A stretch of 61,128 bases of DNA, filler included, from Dugesia japonica (taxonomy: Eukaryota): NCBI GenBank assembly GCA_001938525.1. It is 6 parts of 6 records of this genome, joined end to end, with 100 filler letters (N's around TTAATTAATTAA, not from the genome) between each part and the next. Parts side by side here need not be neighbours in the genome. Positions count along the whole stretch, not along the records: positions 1 to 9,278 come from MQRL01625600.1; positions 9,379 to 19,915 come from MQRL01312714.1; 4 more parts are not named here. One strand, written 5' to 3'. The notes under the pieces were generated by a model. It did not search any database, was not told where the DNA came from, and saw nothing but the letters and a program-made list of their open reading frames with translations. This document shows, piece after piece, positions 1 through 11,763 of this stretch (position 1 is the stretch's first letter; each line of letters starts with the position of its first letter). The translations under genes were made by a program, and so were the position numbers.

Positions 1-1324
1 ATAAAGGATAATTAATAAAATTGACGGGTTTTAGAAGAAAAAACGTTATTCAATAAATGATTGGATCTCCTCAGAAGATTTAAAATTTTCGACTTGATTG
101 ATGCTTACCAGAAGATAAAACTTACTTGCTTACTAGTATCAAATTTACTTATTTTTTTCTGAAAAGTAGATTATAATCACCAACTGATATTCGATTTAAA
201 AAAACGAATAAATTACTCACAGACTATTTTATTAATGGAGAAATAACTCACTCTAGAAAAAACCCAACACTATTAACTCGGAAGAAAATTGAAGGGAAAT
301 GAAAAGTTGATCTATGGTAATGACTCTTTCAGAGATACTCTAAAATAATTCGGGTGAGATTCTTTGACAATTTCTTGAAATGATTCTGTTTAGGAAGACA
401 GTGCTACTTGTGTTTGTAATTGATCAAGTAAAAATATAGACTCAAACTTCGTTTTTTTCAAAGGAAGTTTTGATCAATTATGGGGTTTCAATCGCTCCGT
501 GTCTAAACAAAGAACCTAAGTTAAATCGATGTCTGCTTGCACTTCACCGACGCCGTCGAGAAAAGCTGTCTTTGTATGGTCAGGTAAACCATGGTCGGGT
601 ATTAGCCGATACGCCTAGACGCTCTACCAATCATAAAAATTCAAATTACTAAAATAACTACTGATATCTCAACATTATTGTTGTCATTATTATTATTATT
701 ATAATTAAAATAATAATTATAATTATTATAATATTTATATTTACATTAAAAAAGTGAAAACCATAACTCATCCAAAATTTATTGAAATATTATTACACGC
801 ACGTTTATTGTTCCATCAAAGCAGGATTATAATTCATCTATAATCATATCAATATTATTCTATCAAAATAAAAATTTCTACCATGACTGAAATTGTTTCC
901 GATATCATTTTCATTTTTTGTTGAATACTCATTCAAACTTTCTTGAGATGAAACGTAATATTGTGATTGATCGATTTCAGCAGAACCAAAATAAAATTTA
1001 TTTTCATAATATATTCTAGGCTTGACTTGCGGTTGTTTGGAAAATTTAGAAAGAGCTGATTTGAAAAAATAAATTAATAATAATGATAATTGTGAGGATT
1101 TGTAATTCAGTATATTTTTAAACTTTTTATAATTTGTATTTGTATTTATATCTTTCTCAGAATTAATTTGTATTTTAATTAAATTGAATTAGTTTTATTT
1201 TTACAACAATATTTAAATACGAAAAACAATTTTTACTTGGCTACAGAGATCGATTTGGGTAATGCATATTACTAGATAGTATTAGAGGAAAGTTCAAAAT
1301 ACAAAACGACATTTTCAGTTAAAA

Positions 1325-2748
1325 GAAAAAAGATTTAAACTTCAAACTGATCACAAAGCCATAACTTTCATGATTAATCCAAAAAAATCGATTACTCCAC
1401 AATTCCAGACATGAATAAATAATTTAAGTAGTTTGAAAATGACTATGGAATACAGAATAGGAGAATGTCATTTAAATGCTGATTCAATGTCGAGGAATAA
1501 ATAGCGAAACATGTATTCAATGTCAAATGAATCATGAGAATGCGAAAAAAGAAAAAATGAAAACAAAGGTATTAGCAATCGAGCTTAAAACAAATGGTAA
1601 TAAATGACAAGAAAACTCTGAAGAAATTAATATTATAAAAAGTAACTTAAAAAATGGTGAAATGAATTCAAAATTTAAGTTTTCAAATGGAATTTTAATG
1701 ACAAATAATAGTCAAATTTTAGAATGCAGAAAATTATTTGTAAGAAATGAACACGAATCATTATGTCATATAGGATATCGAAAAATGGATATCGAAAAGG
1801 TCTAGAAGAAATTCTAAAAGCTATTACTCAAAATTGTAACAATTGTCAATTAAGAAAACACTGACATCTCAAACAAAAGGAAAAATTATTAGTATTCCAG
1901 TTGATGGCATCTTTGAAATCATTCATATTGATTTTTGTGATTCTTTTAAGAGAATTTTATATGGAAAGCAATACATTTTAGTTATTATTGATAAATTCAG
2001 TAGATTTATATCTCTCAATGCAGTTATACATCAAGACTAAAAAGCTACTGATAAAATATTAGAAAATAATTGGATTTTGAAATAAGCTACACTGAGAATA
2101 ATACATACAGATCGTGGAAAATCATTTGAATTAAATCTTTCCCCACAATTAGCTAATGAATTTAATTGTGAAATCCAATAATCTAGTCCATATCATCATA
2201 GTAATAATGGAATAATTGAAAGACAACTTCGAACTATAAGATATACAATTCATATTAGCTTACAGGATAAGCAAAAACAGGACCGGGCCGAAATTTTACC
2301 AGAAATAGAATTTATGTTGTACGTCACAATTCAGAGAACGATGAATGTATCTCCAGTTGAAATAGTTTTTGGGGAAAATTTACACAAAGAATGGATTGTT
2401 AGGAATGATCACAAAATTTAAATGAAAGAAATCTAAAGCGTAAAAGAATTATAAACAATTTAAATAACTATGAAAATTCCAAAAATTTANNNNNNNNNNN
2501 NNNNNNNNNNNNNNNNNNNNNNNNNNNNNNNNNNNNNNNNNNNNNNNNNNNNNNNNNNNNNNNNNNNNNNNNNNNNNNNNNNNNTAATTAAAAGAGAAAG
2601 TCCACATAAAAATGGAAACAGATATGAAGGACCAGCAATAACTGTAGAGAAAAAACACAATAGAAGTTTTAAATTAGAACTATATAATGGTAAAAACATA
2701 ATAAGAAATATTGAATGGTTAAAACACTTTAAAAAGGGGGGAATGTGA
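1325..2748 (+). mobile_element. pol: Degenerate Ty3/Gypsy pol 3' part (RNase H end, integrase, GPY/F), ending at a polypurine tract and LTR start
   Basis: KRFKLQTDHKAITF (RNase H), IHIDFCD..KQYILVIIDKFSRF and IHTDRGKSF, SPYHHSNNGIIERQ (integrase core), RYEGPA (GPY/F). Then AAAAAGGGGGGAA followed by TGT at 2744. Many stops and frameshifts. Confidence 0.92.
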
Positions 2749-2830
2749 GATATGACTAAGAATTGCATAATATTTCTATACTGAAATTTGTCTATTAGCA
2801 AATTTATGTGTGTAAAAATTATTATATATA

Positions 2831-3010
2831 TTAGATCAAAATTTGTTTTTTTTGGATTTTGACAATAATTAAAAATTCAATAATTATTTTCAAAATCCAA
2901 AAGAAAAACAAATTTTGATCTAAGCTTTTATTTTAAATGAATTCTGAAAAATGATCAATGGTTACGCCCAGCAATTATTCTCACAATAATTGCAATTGTA
3001 AAATAATAAT
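2831..3010. repeat. Hairpin with ~40-bp arms (2831-2922) running into dispersed repeat family R1 (..GATC[G/T]AAGCTTTTATTTTAAATGAATTC..GATCAATGGTTA..CAACAATTATTCTC.CAATAATTG)
   Basis: TTAGATCAAAATTTGTTTT..GGATTTTGA pairs with TCAAAATCC..AAACAAATTTTGATCTAA. R1 recurs near 3325, 26235, 27040(-), 31255(-), 31450, 49455, 54435(-) and 59645. Confidence 0.8.
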
Positions 3011-3451
3011 GATAATATTGATAATAATAATAATTGTTAGAGAGCGGGCTTACATACCCATTATTAAAATCGCCTTCTTTTTCATCAAACATTTATTTAA
3101 AAATAAAACTATAACAATTTATTAAATACAATAATAATTTATCTAACAACTATACAAATAACAAAATATAAAAATCGTAGGTTTACAATTTAAATTTATG
3201 CAATATTTAAACAACCGAATTTTACAGTAATAAATACAAAATTTTAATTAATTCTAAAAACTTAAACTATTCAAAAAATAGTATATCTCAATAATAATAA
3301 TAATTATAATTCATTTAATATTAAAGCTTTGATCAAAACTTTTATATTAAATGAATTCTATAAAACGATCAATGGTTATGTCCAACAATTATTCTCGCAA
3401 TNNNNNNNNNNNNNNNNNNNNNNNNNNNNNNNNNNNNNNNNNNNNNNNNNN

Positions 3452-3511
<60 letters not shown>
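3452..3511. repeat. (AAT)n microsatellite; similar tracts at 9214-9278, 47380-47540 and 56085-56156; (AT)n at ~40259-40291 and ~43461-43488
   Basis: Directly visible; most tracts abut N gaps. Confidence 0.95.
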
Positions 3512-3513
<2 letters not shown>

Positions 3514-3519
3514 AAATTT

Positions 3520-4130
3520 CTACATATTGGTGGAATTTCTCCTCGTAAAATGCTAGCAATCCAATCTAAAATGTAAAGTGATCCCCATATTCCATCATAT
3601 TTTTTGTATAATACATTCTAAATTGTATATAATTATCTATCTAAATCTACAAAATTAACAGACATTCAAAAAATCTAAATAGATCAACACGGGTGTTGAT
3701 GTTATTTCAATTGATCTGAGTATTTCTGTATTCGAGGAACTGAAACAAATTATTTTCTCAGCCAATAATAATAAATCACTAACGCATCAATATATTTCAG
3801 AATAATATTGTCATAAAGATCTTCCCTGAGTCTTCGCAGTCTTGGAACGTCAACTTTTATTCCAATATGAAGCAAAATCTGTCTTTTTTCTGATTTAAAC
3901 TGTTTTAATTCTTGCAAATTTAATGAATTCTTAATGTAACAATAAAACAAAATAGTTTTTAAACCAATTCAACATTTACCATTAAATACAACTTAGCAAG
4001 ATTAATCGCTATTTCTACATCATTTAAATTCATCAATTTCTTCGGTTTTAAATAACGCCATCCATCACTACCTTTGTACGAAGCAAAAGTATTCAATTCT
4101 TGGATATCATTGACTTGATTCTGCAAGCTT
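3520..4130 (-). CDS. Internal exons of a host gene of unknown function (partial)
   Basis: Exon LQNQVNDIQELNTFASYKGSDGWRYLKPKKLMNLNDVEIAINLAKLYLM joins in frame, across a ~50-nt GTAAAT..TTAAG intron, to NSLNLQELKQFKSEKRQILLHIGIKVDVPRLRRLREDLYDNIILKYIDA. Confidence 0.5.
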
Positions 4131-4779
4131 GAATAATAAATTTATAATAAATGAATTATGTGGTGGAATAATATTATATTATTATAATATTATCACTAGG
4201 TGGTTTTATGAGCGGCAAGCCGTCTTGTGATCAAAGAACTAATATAGAAAAATTTTATTTGCTAAATTATTTTTGAATTAAATTTTGTTTATGCATCATC
4301 ATATATTTACAAAAGAAAAGATAAAAAGATGCACACTTACCATATATATCGCATGAAAATGAGATCTGCTAAAATGTATCTCAACAGTTACCCGTCTTTT
4401 AGGCATCTAATTTTTTTCTTATTCATTCGTTTGCTCAGTACTTGCTAAAAGGATATTATTTAGCTTGACATTAATGCTTTCTATCTGTTCTTTTTCTTTC
4501 TGTTCTCCAACGGATTTTATGTCTACTTTAATTTTACTATAAACCACACGTCTTATTTGGCACATCAACAAACTTCAGGAAGCTACGTGATTATGTACAC
4601 TCTGCATGTTTTTGNNNNNNNNNNNNNNNNNNNNNNNNNNNNNNNNNNNNNNNNNNNNNNNNNNNNNNNNNNNNNNNNNNNNNNNNNNNNNNNNNNNNNN
4701 NNNNNTCATTAAAATTTTTCAAATTATCATCATTGAAGTTGACAATTTTTGTATACTTTACTTGGTCATTTTCTGAATT

Positions 4780-5160
4780 ATTTTCATTAAATCTTTCAAA
4801 GTTTTTAAAGCTTACTAAATTTTCAATAAAAATATATAAATCTGTATCATTAGTTTTGAGGTTTNNNNNNNNNNNNNNNNNNNNNNNNNNNNNNNNNNNN
4901 NNNNNNNNNNNNNNNNGTTTTTAATATAATAATTAATTTGTAAACATAAATAAAGTCTTGTACCGGGTAACATTTTGTCTCCTGTTTTGGTTATAGACCT
5001 TATGGATTTTATTGCAAACCAAAAATAACTTAAAACAAACAAGCAAATTCATCTATGGTTTAGATATATAGGTGATATTTTGTCTAGTATTTATTCTTCT
5101 TTAGAAAACATTCTGGGAATACGCAACAATGTTAATGCTAATATTAAATTAATTTTACAG
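4780..5160 (+). mobile_element. Penelope-like element (PLE) reverse transcriptase fragment
   Basis: LVPGNILSPVLVIDLMDF (cf. GxxMGSPLSPxLANIFM) and LWFRYIGDI (decayed YxDD), then NNVNANIKL (cf. NSIHPNIKF). Confidence 0.7.
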
Positions 5161-6150
5161 AAGTCAAATATTCCCATAATAGTAAAGAAAACATTCAATA
5201 AAAATGTTTCTTATCAATGCTTACGTAAATTTTAATTTGATTTAAAAATAATTTATTAATTAAAAGTTTTAATTATTAAAAAACAATATTTGTAGTCCAA
5301 CTACCACGTATAGCACAATTACGTGTACGGTACCATCGAATGGTATAAGCCAAATATTGTCAATCAGGATTAATTATAGTATCAAACCATAGTTTGAACT
5401 GGTAGAGATGCTAGCCAAGGATCTAGTTTATGCATACCATTCATAGGTTTTCGCCAATATTCCACTTACCGATTCCAAGTATAACCAGTGTAAGTAGTAG
5501 GGGCGGGAAATTTACTGGGATTCCGGTGACCAGATTGATATTGAGAGAATAACTTATCAAGTAGCCTTTGTAATTCCCTGTTTTTTTTTAATTTGTTCTT
5601 CACACTTTACTGTTACTATAATCACAAAGGCCACTATAGGCTATCATACCAGCAGCTAAAGCTAAGTTAATACTAGCATTCGCATGATAACTGCGTCCAG
5701 CACCACGATTAATAAATCTATACATATTACGGACATTAAGACGGAAAACAAAGGAACGATTCACTGTAGNNNNNNNNNNNNNNNNNNNNNNNNNNNNNNN
5801 NNNNNNNNNNNNNNNNNNNNNNNNNNNNNNNNCCGGTAAACGTACAGTTCGTGAATTTGATGTGCTTTTGGAATTATGGGAGGAAAGCGTAGTGCATGAG
5901 TAAGAAATAATTCATAGATGATGCATACTTTGGTGTATATTATCAATTGCTAAAATAAACAATGATAAAAACCTTTGTGTCGTTGAATAAAATAAATTTT
6001 CAAAGTTTAAGTAAATATTTTATTAATTTGAACAAATAGAGAAAATGGTTTATTTGAATGGTTCTATTGTTACATTATTTTCAAACATTTCATATAATCT
6101 TATATATACATTAAAAAATAGGAATTCAAAGATCATTCGATTTATTGTTA

Positions 6151-7001
6151 CATGTCTTCAAAAAGTAAGACGACTTTTTAATTTGATACTTGCGCGAAAG
6201 GTATAGTCAAAAGATTTTATATGCATATCTTTAATGTTTAGTTTCTTTGTTTATTTGTATTAATACTTTTACCTTATTCGATTTTAAAATAGGATGTATT
6301 TNAACAAAAACTTTGCATTAAATTTTGTGTGAAAAAAAAATTATCGCTACGGAAACGCTTAAAATGATGCAGGAAGCATTTTAGTGAAAAATAGTATTCA
6401 ATGGTATACTGTTGCCAGAGAAGGCCGAGAATAATTAAATATTTATATCATTCAGGTCGTCTATTAAGATCAATAGTTAAAGAAAATGTGAAAGAAATTA
6501 AACAAGATAATGGTAAATCGTCATTTGACAGTGAGAGAACTTGCTTGAAATGTTTGCATATCAACATATTTAATAGACGTAATTTTAACTGATGTTTTAG
6601 ACTTGAAGTGTTTGGCAGCAAAACTCATTCCAAAATCATTGAATTTTTTGAGTACTTCATTCGTGAGTTTCTTACTAGAACATTTAGAAAAAAAATTACC
6701 CTACAAGCCTCTTATTCTCCAGATATGTCACCATGTGAATTTTTCCTTTTCAGTCTATTTGAGAAATCATTTTGAGAAACCTGATTTGAGTTAGTAGAAT
6801 AAATAAAACAAAAATCAAAGGATATACAGATGGAAATTCTAAAAATTAAATACAACAAAGTGTTTTAAAGATTCGGTTTAACGTTGGAAAATATGTGTTG
6901 CAATTAGAGGTATCACTTTGAAGAAGGCAAAATAAATTTGGATGATCAAATAAATAGTTTGTATTTTATTTTAAAAGCCATCTTACTTTTTGTTCATAAG
7001 A
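6151..7001 (+). mobile_element. Internally deleted mariner (Tc1/mariner) transposon with both TIRs
   Basis: QKLCIKFCVK..TETLKMMQEAF (N-terminal HTH), SYSPDMSPCEFFLF (YSPDL motif), RWKICVAIRG..FEE C-terminus. Imperfect TIRs with core CAAAAAGTAAGA.G.CTTTT, flanked by TA. Confidence 0.88.
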
Positions 7002-7337
7002 TATCATTTCTTTAAATTCAACAGGAAAATATTCTGAATTACGTTGAATCATATTATAATTTATTTCTATAATAATTATTGGATTTAACGATTGATTTCA
7101 TAGAGATATTTCAATAGAAGTAAAATGCACAAATTAAAATATTCTTCTCAAGTGAATTTGAACAAACAAAAAACATTATAGAACAGTTTTATTTTTACTT
7201 TAATTGAAATTCTAGCTTCGTAACCTATCTTGTTGATTTATAGATAAAATAAAGATAAATTATAAAAAATAATATATAAAATTACAAGCAATAAAAAAGC
7301 CTTCATAAATTTGTAATCAGTAAATTTTTATTTGTTA

Positions 7338-7566
7338 CTAGCTATACCCGGCCACTCGTTGCTATGGCTGAGTGTGATTGAATGAATTTTACACTGCTTG
7401 TGGATATACAATAAGTTTTGTTATTCCAATATTTTTGTAGATTTAAAAATTCTTTGGTTTCAGACTCTTGAACATGCAATTCGTCAAAATTTCAAGGTTA
7501 TCGGTGAAAAACTTTGGAGTTTTTCGATTTTTAACAAACGAACATTTACATTTTTATTTATATAGA
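7338..7566 (-). mobile_element. Non-autonomous Helitron (~230 bp)
   Basis: On the minus strand it starts TC(TATATAAATAAAAATG), ends in a GC-rich segment plus CTAG, and sits between A and T. Related copies at 25009 and 26685. Confidence 0.75.
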
Positions 7567-7625
7567 TTATTAATAATTCATGAAATATAATTTTGAAAAA
7601 CTGGAAAATAATGTAAAATCCTTAC

Positions 7626-8505
7626 TGAAAAGGTAGAAAAGAGACTACTGTTGATATTATTGGAATAATTCCATAATAATTATCAGCTATTTTCCTTAAA
7701 AGATTTATATCAGGATTTCCATTTCCGCTAACGATAACAACAAGAATATCGGAAATATTACTCAATCTTGTAACTGTATTATGAAAATCATCTACTGAGA
7801 TTGCGGAAAATAATTTCTTCTGATAAAATCTATACATAAAAGATATAAAATTAAATATTTACTTAAATAAATATACTAACAAATATGCAATTTGAACGAG
7901 CTTTTCAATTGAATATTCTCCATTTTTGAATGATTTAACAAAACTGCCATTTTTATAAACATAAAATCCCGGATAAATCGAATAAGTTCCGGATTTGAGA
8001 CAAAACTGATCGAATTTCCAACAGTCAATTCCTTGGTAAACATTCTCTATTCCAAGACATTCAGCAAGAACTTTATTGGCCTTGTTTAAAACATTAGACA
8101 AAATTTCAAATTCTACAATCCCTGAGAATATTTAATCCGACAGTTTTCAAAATCTATTTTCTTACTTACATTTTTGTATTAATACCAAAATGATAAAATT
8201 TTGCTTTTTAATATTTTCCATTAGATAATCCTGAACATTTCGATTGGATTTTATATCGAGTGGAGGTATAAAATATAAATTAGAATCCAGTTCTCGGTCA
8301 TTCCATTTCATAATGATATCATCCGAATCATTCTCATTATAAATATCTATAAAATATAATTATTTATATTTAATATCAATTAACAAACACACTAATTCCC
8401 ATTGGTTGAATTGTTGAATGATTTGTCAAAATATAAAATTGGGTAATGAAAAAGTTCTCTATTAACCTTTCATCGGTAAATGATTCTTCGAATCTGATTG
8501 GGTTC
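7626..8505 (-). CDS. Multi-exon host gene, thioredoxin/PDI-like fold protein (partial)
   Basis: Exons splice in frame over 33-49-nt GT-AG introns: ..NFIILVLIQK|WIVEFEILSNVLNKANKVLAECLGIENVYQGIDCWKFDQFCLKSGTYSIYPGFYVYKNG, resembling the Trx-fold VDC..LC..xYPT..F..G pattern. Confidence 0.62.
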
Positions 8506-9209
8506 TAAAGAAANNNNNNNNNNNNNNNNNNNNNNNNNNNNNNNNNNNNNNNNNNNNAATAAATAATTAATCAATTAAATCAGTTAAATCAGTGTTTTTC
8601 AAGAGAGTTTCCAATCAAAACTTTATCTATTTAATTCTTTCAATATATTCAAAACTTTCTGAACTTTTAAACTTTCAAATGATCTTTTATGTAGTTTTCT
8701 GTTTAAATTAATTTTTAAAAAAATCACGTTTTAATTAATTATTTTATTAACCAATTAATAAATATTATAAATCGATTAAAAATAAAAATCGATAATTTGA
8801 AATTTAAATTTAAACAAACATTTAGATTTTACGAAAAAGCTTTAGAAAATTAAATTTAAATTTTAAAGGATATTTTTTCTCTGGAAAATATTTAAAATAA
8901 AAAAAGCAATTAAAAAATTTTATACGCTATCAAAAGCTCAGAATAATATTTAATATTTGATTAGTAAATAATATTATTTACGAAACCTTAAAAACCTCAC
9001 ACAAATACTCACATTAAAACTTGATTTTATTCGAAACTCTAAGTTTAGCTTTCTAAATTCGTGTTGAAGTTTTTCGTAACAATGTACAAAAGATATAATG
9101 GTTTATTTTAGTTTATTTCAAACCATGAAAATCTTTTTTTATGAGCAAATTACAGAGTTCCAATTAATGCTTATTTTTTTAACTTTATGGTTAAATCTTA
9201 ATCTTAACC

Positions 9210-9278
<69 letters not shown>

Positions 9279-9378
9279 NNNNNNNNNNNNNNNNNNNNNN
9301 NNNNNNNNNNNNNNNNNNNNNNTTAATTAATTAANNNNNNNNNNNNNNNNNNNNNNNNNNNNNNNNNNNNNNNNNNNN
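9279..9378. other. Artificial scaffold spacer N44-TTAATTAATTAA-N44
   Basis: The same 100-nt construct, with stops in all six frames, occurs five times. Confidence 0.95.
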
Positions 9379-9954
9379 ATGATTTAATTTAAATATTTAT
9401 TTAATATCACGCATTGAATTTATAACAGTTGACTTTGATTTCTTTACCATTTTGCGGAGCCATGTCGAGCCAAATATTGGCGTTTATGACTAACTGTTTT
9501 TTTCTTATAAAGGTTATACAGTTGTAGCAATGTATACTTGAAACCGGATGTGAACGGTCTGAAGCCTAGATGCGAGAGATGCACATACTGAAATCGAGCT
9601 GAGTCTAGTTAGAACTACATAAGCTGATTTATAAGTTCAATTATAAACGTACTCGATTGGATGCTAACGAACCTTGATGGATTCGCTCCGTCGGACTGTA
9701 CATGTCAGAAGAGGTAATGTAATGTTACGAAATTCAAACAAAACTGTTATTGAAACAATGTACGAAAATAATTTTTAATGATATTATTGATAATAATTTT
9801 ANGTAGAATACAAATAATATACTGATTTCATTAATTATAATAAGACGAAGAGTAATGTTACTTAAACATAAATATTAAGAATGATTTTCCTTGGAATATT
9901 AATTATTTCTTCGGGTGAAAAGCTAACATTAATAAAACTGGGAATATCCAATGT

Positions 9955-10270
9955 CAGGAGCATTGAGTAGTTTGTTTAGGGAGCATCTAATGTCGGTTAC
10001 AAACAAGAGTGCGTACCCATAGACATTTCATAGTTTTTACCCTGTAGCAACTAATGTTTCCAACGAATATCTCATAGTATGAACCCTAAAACATTTAATA
10101 TTTAAATCGTTGAATGAATATTAATATTGATTAGTTTAGCATTGAATAGTTTGTTAAGAGATCATCTTTTGTCGGAGCATCTAATAGTATGAGCCAGGGA
10201 GCATCTATTGTCGGGTGTAGCCAAGAGTGAACCCATAGACATATCTTAGTATAAACCCTGGAGCAATAAA
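9955..10270. repeat. Diverged tandem duplication
   Basis: AGCATTGA.TAGTTTGTT, GGGAGCATCTA.TGTCGG..CAAGAGTG..ACCCATAGACAT and ACCCTG.AGCAA each occur twice. Confidence 0.7.
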
Positions 10271-10332
10271 GTTTCAATTAAATCCTAGGAAAGTTTAGAA
10301 AAAAATACAAAATACATCAAATTATAACTTAC

Positions 10333-10537
10333 CTTCAACAAATATTGAATCATTTGTTTTTTCAGAAGAAATCCATTTACAGTTATAAATGTCCATTTTA
10401 AAGTCTTCACATGATCCAAGAACTTGAACAACACTGTTTAAATAGCACTGCAAACATGAAATATTATCTAATACAGATATTTGTAAAATATCTTACATAA
10501 CCTTTCGGGTTCGCAAATCCTAATGGTTTCCAAGTTT
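10333..10537 (-). CDS. Two exons of a ubiquitin-specific protease (peptidase C19) containing the Cys box
   Basis: Removing intron 10448-10496 (GTAAGA..TTGCAG, 49 nt) gives WKPLGFANPKGY|CYLNSVVQVLGSCEDF, the same register as the canonical GLxNxGNTCYMNSxLQ. Small exons at 9445-9700 may belong to the same gene. Confidence 0.75.
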
Positions 10538-11037
10538 CTTAGAAAATATAATTTNNNNNNNNNNNNNNNNNNNNNNNNNNNNNNNNNNNNNNNNNNNNNN
10601 NNNNNNNNNNNNNNNNNNNNNNNNNNNNNNNNNNNNNNNNNNNNNNNNNNNNNNNNNNNNNAGAACAGGACTGCAAATAAATGTGCATTGAATTTAGGAT
10701 AAATTTTAAATATGCATTTTTTAATCATTTTTGTTAGTGTTAAATTTAAATTTGAAAATATAAATTACATGTACGAACTATTTTTTTTAAGAAACTTAAT
10801 GACATTTACAGTAAACAATTCGTTTATTTTAGGCACTTTTCGGTCATGTTATTTTCTACGATGAGTTAAATTAGATTTTTTTGTTTACTCGACATAAATT
10901 AACTTTCAGGTTTTTAATTAAATTTCGACTTTTATTTCGGAGATTCTTATTTTAGAACTGATGTTCGATTTTATTAAAGAAAATCTGTATATAATTAATG
11001 TATGATTGGTTTGAGTTCCAAGTTAACTTCATCTGAC

Positions 11038-11285
11038 ATGCCCCCACATATATTGCTGCTTAAAAGTAGAACTATTATCATGTTGTTGAGAAATTTGATT
11101 TCTGAAGAAGGGTTTATGCAACGGTACACGATTGGTGGTTGAGTATCTTTCTCGAAATACAAACACTGAACGAATTATTTTTGAGTGCAATCGCGGTAAT
11201 GCAGTCATTATTCCTCGAAGCTACATCACCATGAAAAAATCTCAAGGTCAAACTTATGACATGGTGGGAGTTGACTGCAGCTTCC
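11038..11285 (+). mobile_element. Helitron RepHel PIF1-type helicase remnant
   Basis: MPPHILLLKSRTIIMLLRNLISEEG/LCNGTRLVVEYL and ITMKKSQGQTYDMVGVD match the PIF1 motifs PPHxLxLK..LLRNL..GLCNGTRL and TIxKSQGQT. Frameshifted and internally deleted. Confidence 0.88.
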
Positions 11286-11763
11286 GGTATTCGGCAAAAT
11301 CAAAGCGGGTATGAGATCCGTTGGACAACAGGAAGAGACAAAAACTGACAAAGGCACTGATGTCGAGGAGAATAAGATCTCTTGAGCAAACAAACGAATA
11401 AGACAATACTGAGGCGTCTAAAAGATGTTTTTAGCAGAAGCAAGGTCCTTCTCGACGAATAAGATGTGAACTACAATGGTGGAATACCAATCGAAAGTGA
11501 CTAAGAATACAGTTATATAATAAGTCACATATAACTGTCAGTCAGTGAATTAAAAATATTTTTGTCGGCCATATTTAATCAGTGTTCACGTAAAATTAGT
11601 CTAAGTGTGTTGACTAAATTCAAAACATTCGAAGAAAAATAAATTTCAAATTTTAATTTTGCAAGAAAACCAGCAGTGAAGAAATTATCTTGTTCAGCAG
11701 CAACAACTTTGATCCAAATTTCATTTGGATCCAGTTATTTTTACTTCTATTAAAATTTTATCT

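Noticed and set aside
3329-3556. Poly-N/I/L/Y ORFs here and at 9098, 40172 and 47312-47609, plus X-rich ORFs
   Set aside because: Translations of microsatellites and N gaps.
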